A stretch of 64,000 nucleotides of DNA, from NCBI RefSeq assembly GCF_000026545.1, contig NC_011601.1. The stretch is one strand, 5' to 3'. The notes below the pieces were generated by a model that was not told the DNA's origin, made no database searches, and was given only the letters and a program-made list of their open reading frames with translations. Within the stretch, counting starts at the first letter, position 1. Each line of letters opens with the position of its first letter. This stretch comes from Escherichia coli O127:H6 str. E2348/69 (GTDB lineage Bacteria > Pseudomonadota > Gammaproteobacteria > Enterobacterales > Enterobacteriaceae). This document shows, piece after piece, positions 11,698-23,158 of this stretch. The translations under genes were made by a program, and so were the position numbers.

Positions 11698-14600
11698 ATG
11701 AGTAAATTCCTGGACCGGTTTCGCTACTTCAAACAGAAGGGTGAAACCTTTGCCGATGGGCATGGCCAGCTTCTCAATACCAACCGTGACTGGGAGGATG
11801 GATATCGCCAGCGTTGGCAGCATGACAAAATCGTCCGCTCTACCCACGGGGTAAACTGCACCGGCTCCTGCAGCTGGAAAATCTACGTCAAAAACGGTCT
11901 GGTCACCTGGGAAACCCAGCAGACTGACTATCCGCGTACTCGCCCGGACCTGCCAAACCATGAACCTCGCGGCTGCCCGCGCGGTGCCAGCTACTCCTGG
12001 TATCTATACAGCGCTAACCGCCTGAAATACCCGATGATGCGCAAACGCCTGATGAAAATGTGGCGTGAAGCGAAGGCGCTGCATAGCGATCCGGTTGAGG
12101 CATGGGCTTCTATCATTGAAGACGCCGATAAAGCGAAAAGCTTTAAGCAGGCGCGTGGACGCGGTGGTTTTGTTCGTTCTTCCTGGCAGGAAGTGAACGA
12201 ACTGATCGCCGCATCTAACGTTTACACCATCAAAAATTACGGCCCGGACCGTGTCGCTGGCTTCTCGCCAATTCCGGCAATGTCGATGGTTTCTTACGCA
12301 TCGGGTGCGCGCTATCTCTCGCTGATTGGCGGTACTTGCTTAAGCTTCTACGACTGGTACTGCGACCTGCCTCCTGCGTCTCCGCAAACCTGGGGTGAGC
12401 AAACTGACGTACCGGAATCTGCTGACTGGTACAACTCCAGCTACATCATCGCCTGGGGTTCAAACGTGCCGCAGACGCGTACCCCGGATGCTCACTTCTT
12501 TACTGAAGTGCGTTACAAAGGCACCAAAACTGTTGCCGTCACACCAGACTACGCTGAAATCGCCAAACTGTGCGATCTGTGGCTGGCACCGAAACAGGGC
12601 ACCGATGCGGCAATGGCGCTGGCGATGGGCCACGTAATGCTGCGTGAATTCCACCTCGACAACCCAAGCCAGTATTTCACCGACTATGTGCGTCGCTACA
12701 CCGACATGCCGATGCTGGTGATGCTGGAAGAGCGCGACGGTTACTACGCCGCAGGTCGTATGCTGCGCGCTGCCGATCTGGTGGATGCGCTGGGCCAGGA
12801 AAACAATCCGGAATGGAAAACTGTCGCCTTTAATACCAATGGTGAAATGGTTGCGCCGAACGGTTCTATTGGCTTCCGCTGGGGCGAGAAGGGCAAATGG
12901 AATCTTGAGCAGCGCGACGGCAAAACTGGCGAAGAAACCGAGCTGCAACTGAGCCTGCTGGGTAGCCAGGATGAGATCGCTGAGGTGGGCTTCCCGTACT
13001 TTGGTGGCGATGGCACGGAACACTTCAACAAAGTGGAACTGGAAAACGTGCTGCTGCATAAGCTGCCGGTGAAACGCCTGCAACTGGCTGATGGCAGCAC
13101 CGCCCTGGTGACCACCGTTTATGATCTGACGCTGGCAAACTACGGTCTGGAACGTGGCCTGAACGACGTTAACTGTGCAACCAGCTATGACGATGTGAAA
13201 GCTTACACCCCTGCCTGGGCAGAGCAGATTACCGGCGTTTCTCGCAGCCAGATTATTCGCATCGCCCGTGAATTTGCCGATAACGCTGATAAAACGCACG
13301 GTCGTTCGATGATTATCGTCGGCGCTGGGCTGAACCACTGGTATCACCTGGACATGAACTATCGTGGTCTGATCAACATGCTGATTTTCTGCGGCTGTGT
13401 CGGTCAGAGCGGCGGTGGCTGGGCGCACTATGTAGGTCAGGAAAAACTGCGTCCGCAAACCGGCTGGCAGCCGCTGGCGTTTGCCCTCGACTGGCAGCGT
13501 CCGGCGCGTCACATGAACAGTACCTCTTATTTCTATAACCACTCCAGCCAGTGGCGTTATGAAACCGTGACTGCGGAAGAACTGCTGTCGCCGATGGCGG
13601 ATAAATCTCGCTATACCGGACACTTGATCGACTTTAACGTCCGTGCAGAACGCATGGGCTGGCTGCCGTCTGCGCCGCAGTTAGGCACTAACCCGCTGAC
13701 TATCGCTCGCGAAGCAGAAAAAGCCGGGATGAATCCGGTGGACTATACGGTGAAATCCCTGAAAGAGGGTTCTATCCGTTTCGCTGCGGAACAGCCGGAA
13801 AACGGTAAAAACCACCCGCGTAATCTGTTCATCTGGCGTTCTAACCTGCTCGGTTCTTCCGGTAAAGGTCATGAGTTTATGCTCAAGTACCTGCTGGGGA
13901 CGGAGCACGGTATCCAGGGCAAAGACCTGGGGCAGCAGGGCGGCGTGAAGCCGGAAGAAGTGGACTGGCAGGACAACGGTCTGGAAGGCAAGCTGGATCT
14001 GGTGGTGACGCTGGACTTCCGTCTGTCGAGCACCTGTCTCTATTCCGACATCATTTTGCCGACGGCGACCTGGTACGAAAAAGACGACATGAATACTTCG
14101 GATATGCATCCGTTTATTCACCCGTTGTCTGCGGCGGTCGATCCGGCCTGGGAAGCGAAAAGCGACTGGGAAATCTACAAAGCCATCGCCAGGAAATTCT
14201 CCGAAGTGTGCGTTGGTCATCTGGGTAAAGAAACTGACATCGTCACGCTGCCTATCCAGCACGACTCTGCCGCTGAACTGGCGCAACCGCTGGATGTGAA
14301 AGACTGGAAAAAAGGCGAATGCGACCTGATCCCAGGTAAAACCGCACCGCACATTATGGTCGTAGAGCGCGATTATCCGGCAACTTACGAACGCTTTACC
14401 TCTATCGGCCCGCTGATGGAGAAAATCGGTAACGGCGGTAAAGGTATTGCTTGGAACACCCAGAGCGAGATGGATTTGCTGCGTAAGCTCAACTACACCA
14501 AAGCGGAAGGTCCGGCAAAAGGCCAGCCGATGCTCAATACCGCAATTGATGCGGCAGAGATGATCCTGACGCTGGCACCGGAAACCAACGGTCAGGTAGC

Positions 14601-15441
14601 TGTAAAAGCCTGGGCTGCTCTGAGCGAGTTTACCGGCCGTGACCATACGCATCTGGCGCTGAATAAAGAAGACGAGAAGATTCGCTTCCGCGATATTCAG
14701 GCACAGCCGCGCAAAATCATCTCCAGCCCGACGTGGTCTGGCCTTGAAGATGAACACGTTTCTTACAACGCCGGTTACACCAACGTTCACGAGCTGATCC
14801 CGTGGCGTACGCTCTCTGGCCGTCAGCAGCTGTATCAGGATCACCAATGGATGCGTGATTTCGGTGAAAGCCTGCTGGTTTATCGTCCGCCGATCGACAC
14901 CCGTTCGGTGAAAGAAGTGATGGGCCAGAAATCCAATGGCAACCCGGAAAAAGCGCTCAACTTCCTGACGCCACACCAGAAGTGGGGTATCCACTCCACC
15001 TACAGCGACAACCTGCTGATGCTGACTTTAGGTCGCGGGGGGCCGGTGGTCTGGCTGGGTGAAGCCGATGCCAAAGAGCTGGGTATCGCCGATAACGACT
15101 GGATTGAAGTCTTCAACAGCAACGGTGCACTGACTGCCCGTGCGGTTGTCAGCCAGCGTGTTCCGGCAGGGATGACCATGATGTACCACGCGCAGGAACG
15201 TATCGTTAACCTGCCTGGTTCGGAAATTACCCAACAGCGTGGTGGTATCCATAACTCGGTCACCCGTATCACGCCGAAACCGACGCATATGATCGGCGGC
15301 TATGCCCATCTGGCATATGGCTTTAACTACTACGGCACCGTAGGTTCTAACCGCGATGAGTTTGTTGTAGTGCGTAAGATGAAGAACATTGACTGGTTAG
15401 ATGGCGAAGGCAATGACCAGGTACAGGAGAGCGTAAAATGA
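11698..15441 (+). CDS. narG: Respiratory nitrate reductase 1 alpha subunit
   Basis: 1247 aa molybdopterin oxidoreductase, first gene of narGHJI. Confidence 0.97.
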   Translation: MSKFLDRFRYFKQKGETFADGHGQLLNTNRDWEDGYRQRWQHDKIVRSTHGVNCTGSCSWKIYVKNGLVTWETQQTDYPRTRPDLPNHEPRGCPRGASYSWYLYSANRLKYPMMRKRLMKMWREAKALHSDPVEAWASIIEDADKAKSFKQARGRGGFVRSSWQEVNELIAASNVYTIKNYGPDRVAGFSPIPAMSMVSYASGARYLSLIGGTCLSFYDWYCDLPPASPQTWGEQTDVPESADWYNSSYIIAWGSNVPQTRTPDAHFFTEVRYKGTKTVAVTPDYAEIAKLCDLWLAPKQGTDAAMALAMGHVMLREFHLDNPSQYFTDYVRRYTDMPMLVMLEERDGYYAAGRMLRAADLVDALGQENNPEWKTVAFNTNGEMVAPNGSIGFRWGEKGKWNLEQRDGKTGEETELQLSLLGSQDEIAEVGFPYFGGDGTEHFNKVELENVLLHKLPVKRLQLADGSTALVTTVYDLTLANYGLERGLNDVNCATSYDDVKAYTPAWAEQITGVSRSQIIRIAREFADNADKTHGRSMIIVGAGLNHWYHLDMNYRGLINMLIFCGCVGQSGGGWAHYVGQEKLRPQTGWQPLAFALDWQRPARHMNSTSYFYNHSSQWRYETVTAEELLSPMADKSRYTGHLIDFNVRAERMGWLPSAPQLGTNPLTIAREAEKAGMNPVDYTVKSLKEGSIRFAAEQPENGKNHPRNLFIWRSNLLGSSGKGHEFMLKYLLGTEHGIQGKDLGQQGGVKPEEVDWQDNGLEGKLDLVVTLDFRLSSTCLYSDIILPTATWYEKDDMNTSDMHPFIHPLSAAVDPAWEAKSDWEIYKAIARKFSEVCVGHLGKETDIVTLPIQHDSAAELAQPLDVKDWKKGECDLIPGKTAPHIMVVERDYPATYERFTSIGPLMEKIGNGGKGIAWNTQSEMDLLRKLNYTKAEGPAKGQPMLNTAIDAAEMILTLAPETNGQVAVKAWAALSEFTGRDHTHLALNKEDEKIRFRDIQAQPRKIISSPTWSGLEDEHVSYNAGYTNVHELIPWRTLSGRQQLYQDHQWMRDFGESLLVYRPPIDTRSVKEVMGQKSNGNPEKALNFLTPHQKWGIHSTYSDNLLMLTLGRGGPVVWLGEADAKELGIADNDWIEVFNSNGALTARAVVSQRVPAGMTMMYHAQERIVNLPGSEITQQRGGIHNSVTRITPKPTHMIGGYAHLAYGFNYYGTVGSNRDEFVVVRKMKNIDWLDGEGNDQVQESVK

Positions 15442-16976
15442 AAATTCGTTCACAAGTCGGCATGGTGCTGAATCTCGATAAGTGCATCGGCTGCCACACC
15501 TGTTCAGTGACCTGTAAAAACGTCTGGACCAGCCGTGAAGGCGTGGAATACGCGTGGTTCAACAACGTGGAAACCAAGCCGGGCCAGGGCTTCCCGACTG
15601 ACTGGGAAAACCAGGAAAAATACAAAGGCGGCTGGATCCGTAAAATCAACGGCAAACTGCAGCCGCGCATGGGTAACCGTGCCATGCTGCTGGGTAAAAT
15701 CTTCGCTAACCCGCATCTGCCGGGGATCGACGATTATTACGAGCCGTTCGATTTTGATTATCAGAACCTGCATACCGCGCCGGAAGGCAGCAAATCACAG
15801 CCGATTGCCCGTCCGCGTTCACTGATTACCGGCGAACGGATGGCGAAAATCGAAAAAGGGCCGAACTGGGAAGATGACCTGGGCGGTGAGTTTGACAAGC
15901 TGGCGAAAGACAAGAACTTCGACAACATCCAGAAGGCGATGTATAGCCAGTTCGAAAACACCTTCATGATGTATTTGCCGCGCCTGTGCGAACACTGTCT
16001 GAACCCGGCATGTGTGGCGACCTGCCCGAGCGGTGCGATTTACAAGCGTGAAGAAGATGGCATCGTCCTGATCGACCAGGATAAATGCCGTGGCTGGCGT
16101 ATGTGCATCACCGGATGCCCGTACAAAAAAATCTACTTCAACTGGAAGAGCGGTAAGTCTGAGAAGTGCATCTTCTGCTATCCGCGTATTGAAGCCGGCC
16201 AGCCGACAATATGTTCAGAAACCTGTGTCGGTCGTATCCGTTATCTTGGCGTGCTGCTGTACGATGCCGACGCGATTGAACGTGCGGCAAGTACCGAGAA
16301 CGAGAAAGATCTCTACCAGCGTCAGCTGGATGTGTTCCTCGATCCGAACGATCCGAAAGTCATCGAGCAGGCGATTAAAGACGGTATTCCGCTGAGCGTT
16401 ATTGAGGCTGCGCAGCAGTCGCCAGTTTATAAAATGGCGATGGAATGGAAACTGGCGCTGCCGCTGCATCCGGAATATCGCACACTGCCGATGGTCTGGT
16501 ACGTGCCGCCTCTGTCGCCGATTCAGTCTGCGGCAGACGCGGGTGAACTGGGCAGCAACGGCATTCTGCCAGACGTCGAAAGCCTGCGTATTCCGGTACA
16601 GTATCTGGCGAATCTGCTGACCGCCGGTGATACCAAACCGGTACTGCGCGCGCTGAAACGTATGCTGGCGATGCGTCATTACAAACGTGCTGAAACCGTT
16701 GACGGTAAAGTCGATACCCGTGCGCTGGAAGAGGTCGGTCTGACCGAAGCCCAGGCACAGGAGATGTATCGTTATCTGGCTATTGCCAACTACGAAGATC
16801 GCTTTGTGGTGCCGAGCAGTCATCGTGAACTGGCGCGGGAAGCCTTCCCGGAGAAAAATGGCTGCGGCTTTACCTTTGGTGATGGCTGCCACGGTTCAGA
16901 TACCAAATTCAATCTGTTCAACAGCCGCCGTATCGATGCCATCGACGTAACCAGCAAAACGGAGCCGCACCCATGA
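15438..16976 (+). CDS. narH: Respiratory nitrate reductase 1 beta subunit (Fe-S)
   Basis: 512 aa with multiple Cys clusters (CIGCHTCSVTC etc.), overlaps narG stop. Confidence 0.97.
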   Translation: MKIRSQVGMVLNLDKCIGCHTCSVTCKNVWTSREGVEYAWFNNVETKPGQGFPTDWENQEKYKGGWIRKINGKLQPRMGNRAMLLGKIFANPHLPGIDDYYEPFDFDYQNLHTAPEGSKSQPIARPRSLITGERMAKIEKGPNWEDDLGGEFDKLAKDKNFDNIQKAMYSQFENTFMMYLPRLCEHCLNPACVATCPSGAIYKREEDGIVLIDQDKCRGWRMCITGCPYKKIYFNWKSGKSEKCIFCYPRIEAGQPTICSETCVGRIRYLGVLLYDADAIERAASTENEKDLYQRQLDVFLDPNDPKVIEQAIKDGIPLSVIEAAQQSPVYKMAMEWKLALPLHPEYRTLPMVWYVPPLSPIQSAADAGELGSNGILPDVESLRIPVQYLANLLTAGDTKPVLRALKRMLAMRHYKRAETVDGKVDTRALEEVGLTEAQAQEMYRYLAIANYEDRFVVPSSHRELAREAFPEKNGCGFTFGDGCHGSDTKFNLFNSRRIDAIDVTSKTEPHP

Positions 16977-17683
16977 TCGAACTCGTGATTGTATCGCGTC
17001 TCCTTGAATATCCGGATGCTGCCTTATGGCAGCATCAACAAGAGATGTTTGAGGCGATTGCCGCGTCGAAAAATCTGCCAAAAGAGGATGCCCATGCGCT
17101 GGGCATTTTCCTGCGCGATTTAACGACGATGGATCCGCTCGATGCCCAGGCGCAGTACAGCGAACTGTTCGACCGTGGCCGCGCCACGTCACTGTTGCTA
17201 TTTGAACATGTTCACGGTGAATCCCGTGACCGCGGCCAGGCGATGGTGGATCTGCTGGCGCAGTACGAGCAGCACGGCTTGCAGTTAAACAGCCGCGAAT
17301 TGCCCGACCATCTGCCGCTGTATCTGGAGTATCTGGCGCAGCTGCCGCAAAGCGAAGCCGTGGAGGGTTTGAAAGATATTGCGCCGATTCTGGCATTGCT
17401 GAGCGCGCGTCTGCAACAGCGTGAAAGCCGTTATGCCGTGCTGTTTGATCTGCTGCTGAAACTGGCGAATACCGCAATCGACAGCGACAAAGTGGCGGAA
17501 AAAATTGCCGATGAAGCGCGCGACGATACGCCGCAGGCGCTGGATGCAGTCTGGGAAGAAGAGCAGGTTAAATTCTTTGCTGAAAAAGGCTGCGGTGATT
17601 CAGCAATCACTGCTCATCAGCGTCGCTTTGCCGGTGCCGTCGCGCCGCAATATCTGAATATCACCACCGGAGGACAGCACTAA
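16973..17683 (+). CDS. narJ: Nitrate reductase assembly chaperone NarJ
   Basis: 236 aa, operon position. Confidence 0.95.
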   Translation: MIELVIVSRLLEYPDAALWQHQQEMFEAIAASKNLPKEDAHALGIFLRDLTTMDPLDAQAQYSELFDRGRATSLLLFEHVHGESRDRGQAMVDLLAQYEQHGLQLNSRELPDHLPLYLEYLAQLPQSEAVEGLKDIAPILALLSARLQQRESRYAVLFDLLLKLANTAIDSDKVAEKIADEARDDTPQALDAVWEEEQVKFFAEKGCGDSAITAHQRRFAGAVAPQYLNITTGGQH

Positions 17684-18360
17684 TGCAATTCCTGAATATG
17701 TTCTTCTTTGATATCTACCCGTACATAGCCGGGGCGGTCTTCCTGATTGGTAGCTGGCTGCGTTATGACTACGGGCAGTACACATGGCGTGCGGCGTCCA
17801 GCCAGATGCTGGATCGCAAAGGGATGAACCTCGCGTCGAACCTGTTCCATATCGGTATTCTGGGGATTTTTGTCGGTCACTTCTTCGGTATGCTGACGCC
17901 GCACTGGATGTATGAAGCTTGGCTGCCGATTGAAGTGAAACAGAAAATGGCGATGTTTGCTGGTGGTGCCAGCGGCGTACTGTGTCTGATTGGCGGCGTG
18001 CTGTTGTTGAAACGTCGTCTGTTCAGCCCACGCGTGCGTGCAACGACTACCGGAGCGGATATCCTGATCCTGTCGCTACTCGTTATCCAGTGCGCGCTGG
18101 GCCTGCTGACCATTCCGTTCTCTGCTCAGCATATGGACGGTAGCGAGATGATGAAACTGGTTGGCTGGGCGCAGTCGGTAGTGACCTTCCACGGTGGCGC
18201 TTCTCAACATCTTGATGGCGTGGCGTTTATCTTCCGTCTGCACCTGGTGTTGGGGATGACGTTATTCCTGCTGTTCCCTTTCTCGCGTCTGGTACACATC
18301 TGGAGCGTCCCGGTGGAGTATCTGACGCGTAAGTATCAGCTGGTGCGCGCTCGTCACTAA
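17683..18360 (+). CDS. narI: Respiratory nitrate reductase 1 gamma subunit (cytochrome b)
   Basis: 225 aa membrane haem protein, operon position. Confidence 0.95.
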   Translation: MQFLNMFFFDIYPYIAGAVFLIGSWLRYDYGQYTWRAASSQMLDRKGMNLASNLFHIGILGIFVGHFFGMLTPHWMYEAWLPIEVKQKMAMFAGGASGVLCLIGGVLLLKRRLFSPRVRATTTGADILILSLLVIQCALGLLTIPFSAQHMDGSEMMKLVGWAQSVVTFHGGASQHLDGVAFIFRLHLVLGMTLFLLFPFSRLVHIWSVPVEYLTRKYQLVRARH

Positions 18361-18471
18361 TTATCTAAACCAAACATCGGCGGTTACACACTGCCGATTT
18401 TTCGGATTGTAGGGAAACGTACTTCATCTATATGATTGGTCCACCTATGGAGCAGTGAAGGAGCACTGACC

Positions 18472-19479
18472 GTGGCTCGACCTAATCAACCGACGATCTC
18501 CGCGGCGTTAAAAATAATCGCCACGGGGATCGCCTTACCCCCTGATCAAATCACTTCTCAACAACTGGATGTTCAGTTAAGTAAGCCAGTTGGCTATGTT
18601 GAGCGACGTTCCGGTATTTGCTGGCGCTATTTTGCCCGCAATGACGCCAGCCAGGCCGAACTGGCGGCAGAGGCTTTACATAATGCGTTAGTAGCGGCAG
18701 CCTTAAATCCTTCTGATATTAATCTGCTAATTTGTGCATCGGCCATTGCCGTACAGGCATTACCCTGTAGCGCAATTCATATTCTTAAAGCCGCAGGCAT
18801 GCCCGCAGGCGTTGCCGGGTTTGATATCAACAGTAGCTGTGTGAGCTTTATTTCCGCTCTTGAAGTCGCTGCCGGATTATTAAACTGTGGAGCATATCGG
18901 CGCATTGCCATCGTTTCGGCAGATATTGCTTCACGCGGTATCGACTGGGATCATGAAGAGTCTTCATTAATTTTTGGTGATGGCGCGGCGTGCGCGATTG
19001 TTGAGCGGGGCGATGGGCGCAGCGGGATTATCGCTAGCCTGATCGAAATGTATCCCGAAGGCAGCGAACTGTGTGAAATACGCGCCGGCGGTACGCGGCG
19101 TAATCCTCGTTCTGGTGTGAGTGACAGCGACTTTCTTTTTCATATGCAGGGGAAACCGCTGTTTCGTTTTGCTTCTTCGCTTATTGAAGATTATTTTTCT
19201 CGGTTGCTGCAAAAAAGCAGTCTGCAACTGGATGATATCGGCACGGTCGTTCCACATCAGGCCAGTCATCTTTCCCTTGAACATATGCGTAAACGGCTGC
19301 GAGTGCCGGAATCTGCGCTCATCGATGTGTATCGTTTTTACGGCAATCAGGTCGCGGCCTCTATCCCCACGGCGCTGCATGAAGCGGTGATTAGCGGTCG
19401 TTTCACAGCGGATAAACCTGTAATGTTGATTGGCACGGCAGCGGGACTAACGCTGGCTGGCATGGTGCTTTTACCGTGA
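18472..19479 (+). CDS. FabH-like beta-ketoacyl-ACP synthase III family condensing enzyme
   Basis: Cys-His-Asn triad motifs in context (INSSCVSF, VVPHQAS, YGNQVAASIP); start placed at GTG 18472 after AAGGAG (ORF opens at 18436). Confidence 0.75.
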   Translation: MARPNQPTISAALKIIATGIALPPDQITSQQLDVQLSKPVGYVERRSGICWRYFARNDASQAELAAEALHNALVAAALNPSDINLLICASAIAVQALPCSAIHILKAAGMPAGVAGFDINSSCVSFISALEVAAGLLNCGAYRRIAIVSADIASRGIDWDHEESSLIFGDGAACAIVERGDGRSGIIASLIEMYPEGSELCEIRAGGTRRNPRSGVSDSDFLFHMQGKPLFRFASSLIEDYFSRLLQKSSLQLDDIGTVVPHQASHLSLEHMRKRLRVPESALIDVYRFYGNQVAASIPTALHEAVISGRFTADKPVMLIGTAAGLTLAGMVLLP

Positions 19480-20492
19480 AGATCCTCGTAACAGGGGCGA
19501 CCAGCGGCCTTGGGCGAAATGCCGTGCAATATTTGTTGCAATCGGGTGAGTCGGTTGTGGCAACAGGGCGAAATTGTGAGGTTGGCAGAAGCCTGACAAA
19601 CGCAGGCGCACAGTTTGTGGCTCTCGATTTAACCGAGGCAACCGAGGATGACTGCGCCCGCCTGATGGACGGCTGCGATGCCGTCTGGCACTGTGCGGCA
19701 AAGTCCTCGCCCTGGGGCGACAAAACGGCGTTCTGGCTTGCCAATGTCAAAGTGACCCACACTCTGGCACAGGCGGCAGGCAGGCTGAATATTCCCCGGT
19801 TTATCCATATCTCCACGCCTGCGGTTTACTTTGATTTTCAACATCACAATGACCTGCCAGAAACGTATCTTGCGCGAGCATTCTCCAGCCATTATGCCAG
19901 CAGTAAATATGCCGCTGAGCAGGTTATTGCTGGCGCTGTTTCTCGATATTCTGCCACGAGATTTATTCTTTTGCGTCCCCGTGGTTTGTTTGGCCCCCAT
20001 GACCAGGTAATTGTTCCTCGTCTGATGCAGCAATTGCAACAGGGCGGTGGTTGCTTACGTTTGCCGCGCGGGGGCGACGCGTTATTGGATCTCACGTTCG
20101 TGCAAAACGTGGTGTATGCCATGCGGCTGGCAACGAACGTTGAAGGCTTACGCTCGGGCAGTATTTACAACATCAGCAATCACCAGCCGCAGCAGCTATC
20201 GGTGATGCTTGACGCCTTGCTGCACCAGCAACTGGGCTTGAGTTACCGCATTGCTGCTGTTCCCTGGTCGCTGCTTTCTCTGGTCGCGCGTGGCCTGGAA
20301 CTGTACGGGAAGTGCGTTAATCAGGAACCTGTTATCACACGATACAGCGCCGGAACACTCTGTTTCGATATGACGCTGAGTGCGCAAAAGGCCATTACAG
20401 AGCTGGGATATCGCCCGCGCTTTTCGATGGAACAAGGTATTGCAATCACGGGACAATGGCTGAGGGAACATGGCAAAAATAACCGCATTTGA
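19476..20492 (+). CDS. NAD(P)-dependent epimerase/dehydratase (extended SDR) family protein
   Basis: N-terminal Rossmann motif ILVTGATSGLG and YASSK catalytic motif; GTG start overlaps upstream stop. Confidence 0.75.
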   Translation: MKILVTGATSGLGRNAVQYLLQSGESVVATGRNCEVGRSLTNAGAQFVALDLTEATEDDCARLMDGCDAVWHCAAKSSPWGDKTAFWLANVKVTHTLAQAAGRLNIPRFIHISTPAVYFDFQHHNDLPETYLARAFSSHYASSKYAAEQVIAGAVSRYSATRFILLRPRGLFGPHDQVIVPRLMQQLQQGGGCLRLPRGGDALLDLTFVQNVVYAMRLATNVEGLRSGSIYNISNHQPQQLSVMLDALLHQQLGLSYRIAAVPWSLLSLVARGLELYGKCVNQEPVITRYSAGTLCFDMTLSAQKAITELGYRPRFSMEQGIAITGQWLREHGKNNRI

Positions 20493-21276
20493 AACGGGCT
20501 GGTGTACCCATATTAGCTGTATTGCGCTGAAAGGGGCAGGGCTGAAAGTGTGCAAATTCCCCGCCCGCGCCTGGCTGCTGGAGGTGGGCGACAAACGGTG
20601 GCTGTGGGACACAGGCTATTCATCGTGGTTCGAACACTACACGCAATCTGGTGTGTTTCGTCTTTATCGTCAGGTCACGCCGGTTTATTTCGATCCGCAA
20701 CAGGCGCTGGTGCGGCAACTTTCTGCCACCGGCCTCGCAGCGAAAGATGTTGATGCGATTATTCTGTCGCATTTTCACGCTGATCATATTGCTGGTCTGC
20801 GTGATTTTCCTGATGTTTCCTGCATCTGTTCTGGTGAAGGCTGGCGGCAAGTAAGAACTCTGCGTGGTGTCACTGCGCTGCGCCAGGCCTTTGTGCCAGG
20901 GCTAATCCCGGAGAATTTTGACTCCTCACCGCGCTTTATTGAAAGTTTCGCATCGGTGAATTTGCCCGCGCAACTGGCACCGTTTGAGTGCGGCTATTTG
21001 CTGCCAGAAAGCAATGGCGAAATTATTCTCGTGCCGCTTCCCGGACATGCTGCCGGACATATTGGCGCGTTTGTGTTAACCGACAACGGCTGGACTTTAC
21101 TGGCTGGCGATGCGGCATGGGCGCCAGCTAACTACCGGGAGCTGCGAGGGCCTTCACCACTGGCGCATCTGGTTATGTCCGACAGCCACGCCTACTACCA
21201 CACGCTTGGGCAACTCCATCAGCTTTGGCAAAACGGTGTAGTGGAGATTCGTTTGTGCCATGAGGGGGATTTATGA
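20470..21276 (+). CDS. MBL-fold metallo-hydrolase
   Basis: HxHxDH motif (ILSHFHADHIAGL). Confidence 0.75.
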   Translation: MAKITAFETGWCTHISCIALKGAGLKVCKFPARAWLLEVGDKRWLWDTGYSSWFEHYTQSGVFRLYRQVTPVYFDPQQALVRQLSATGLAAKDVDAIILSHFHADHIAGLRDFPDVSCICSGEGWRQVRTLRGVTALRQAFVPGLIPENFDSSPRFIESFASVNLPAQLAPFECGYLLPESNGEIILVPLPGHAAGHIGAFVLTDNGWTLLAGDAAWAPANYRELRGPSPLAHLVMSDSHAYYHTLGQLHQLWQNGVVEIRLCHEGDL

Positions 21277-22559
21277 TCCCGTTGGCTTTACTCTGGCGCT
21301 ACTTTCGTACCCGCAAGCTGCATTTCACCGATCGCGAGGCACTGGAAAACTGGCAGGCAAAAAGGCTGCATCAGTTCCGGCAAAATGTCTTATCTCATAG
21401 CCCGTGGTTTCAGCGTTATCTGACGTTGCCCTTTAATCAGTGGCCAATGATGGATAAAGCGTTAATGATGACGCACTTCGATGAGATGAATACCGCAGGT
21501 TTAAAGCGCGACGAACTTCTCGATTGTGCAATGCGCAGTGAGCAGAGTCGTGATTTCAAACCCTGCGTTGGCAGGTTCAGTGTTGGGCTTTCATCAGGTA
21601 CATCGGGTCGTCGTGGGCTTTTTGTTGTTAGCCCGCACGAGCAACAGATGTGGGCCGCCGGTGTGCTGGCAAAAGTGTTGCCCGACGGTTTATTTGCCAA
21701 AGAGCGGGTGGCGCTGTTTCTGCGCGCGGACAACAACCTGTATCAAAGCGTGAATAATCGCTGGTTAAGTCTCGATTTTTACGATCTGCTAGCGCCATTT
21801 CAGGCGCAACTCAAACTTCTCCAACAGCGAGCGCCCACGATTATTGTCGCGCCAGCTCAGGTATTACGCGCACTGGCGCTGGAGGTGATGGCCGGCGAAT
21901 TGACGCTAAAGGTCAAAAAAGTGATTTCGGTGGCGGAAGTTCTGGAGCCGCAGGATCGGGAATTACTGCGCAACGTGTTCCACAATGTGGGGGAAATTTA
22001 TCAGGCGACAGAAGGCTTTCTCGCTTCCACCTGCCGGTGTGGAACGTTACATCTCAACGAAGAGTTTGTTCACATTGAACCGCAATGGCTGGATGAGCAC
22101 CGTTTCGTGCCGATCGTCACAGACTTTACCCGCACCACACAGCCGATAGTGCGTTATCGACTGGATGATGTGCTGGTGGCAAGCGAACAACCATGCTCCT
22201 GTGGCAGTGCAACAATGGCGATTGCGCGTATCGAAGGGCGGCAGGATGACCAACTGCAACTACCAACAAGATCCGGCGATATTCAGACCGTTTTTGCCGA
22301 TGCCTGTAGTCGTGTGCTGGCAATGACACTGCCGCTAACAGTCGATTATCGCCTGCTACAAACCGGGTCAGCACAATTGACGTTAATCGCCGATTGCGAG
22401 CTGTGGATGCTGGAGCATTGCCGGGAGGCGTTGAATGCCTTGTTTATACGCCAGGATATCGCTGTCGGGCAATTAATTTGGTCGCTGGAACCGCAAACTG
22501 TGCCAGTCTCTTTTACAGCCAAGCGGCGGCGCATTGTGCGTCAGTGGGGGCGGGAATGA
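21273..22559 (+). CDS. Adenylate-forming enzyme, F390-synthetase/PaaK-like acyl-CoA ligase family
   Basis: SSGTSGRRG phosphate-binding loop typical of PaaK-type adenylating enzymes; overlaps upstream stop. Confidence 0.65.
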   Translation: MIPLALLWRYFRTRKLHFTDREALENWQAKRLHQFRQNVLSHSPWFQRYLTLPFNQWPMMDKALMMTHFDEMNTAGLKRDELLDCAMRSEQSRDFKPCVGRFSVGLSSGTSGRRGLFVVSPHEQQMWAAGVLAKVLPDGLFAKERVALFLRADNNLYQSVNNRWLSLDFYDLLAPFQAQLKLLQQRAPTIIVAPAQVLRALALEVMAGELTLKVKKVISVAEVLEPQDRELLRNVFHNVGEIYQATEGFLASTCRCGTLHLNEEFVHIEPQWLDEHRFVPIVTDFTRTTQPIVRYRLDDVLVASEQPCSCGSATMAIARIEGRQDDQLQLPTRSGDIQTVFADACSRVLAMTLPLTVDYRLLQTGSAQLTLIADCELWMLEHCREALNALFIRQDIAVGQLIWSLEPQTVPVSFTAKRRRIVRQWGRE

Positions 22560-23158
22560 GCAATTCACTGCTACGCCTGAAACAGATGCTGCTGGGCTGG
22601 GGAACTGTTGGGGTTATCTACAACTTTAGCGACTACCTGCAAGGTGAGGGATATCAATTAACACCGTCAATAATTGATAATTGGATTTCGTTTTCCCCCT
22701 CCGCTGTGTGGCTGTATCTCTCGTTTTTTTTCATTGTGCCGTTAGGTTATTTATCCACGCCACTTTGCCACCTGCGCTGGCTGGCCCGTTCAATGCAAAT
22801 TTCCGCACTGGTGGCAGGCGTATTTTATCTTCTCTGGCCCACAACCATGCATTATCCCTCGTTTGATCAGATGGGGATATCCGCGGGCGCACTCAACAGG
22901 CTGATCGCCATTGACTCAAGCCAGAACTGTTTCCCCTCCTTACACGCCGCGCTAACGCTGTTGGCGGTATGGGCGATTGCCAAAAAGGGGAACCGTTGGC
23001 TGACGCTAATGAGCGTGGTCTGGGCGATAGCAATCGCCTTTTCGATTCTGCAATTACGCAGACATTTATTTATCGATTTAGTAGGCGGCGCGTTGCTGGC
23101 GTCGATTTGCGGTTGGATATGCGCAACATGCGAGAAAAGGAAGACACAATATGAGTGA
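22556..23158 (+). CDS. PAP2-family membrane phosphatase-like protein
   Basis: ATG 22556 overlaps upstream stop (ATGA); PSLH and R..H..D motifs in hydrophobic context (ORF opens at 22394). Confidence 0.6.
   Translation: MSNSLLRLKQMLLGWGTVGVIYNFSDYLQGEGYQLTPSIIDNWISFSPSAVWLYLSFFFIVPLGYLSTPLCHLRWLARSMQISALVAGVFYLLWPTTMHYPSFDQMGISAGALNRLIAIDSSQNCFPSLHAALTLLAVWAIAKKGNRWLTLMSVVWAIAIAFSILQLRRHLFIDLVGGALLASICGWICATCEKRKTQYE

Noticed and set aside
12460-14994. Long minus-strand ORFs (387 and 437 aa) inside narG
   Set aside because: Antisense shadow ORFs within a highly conserved coding region
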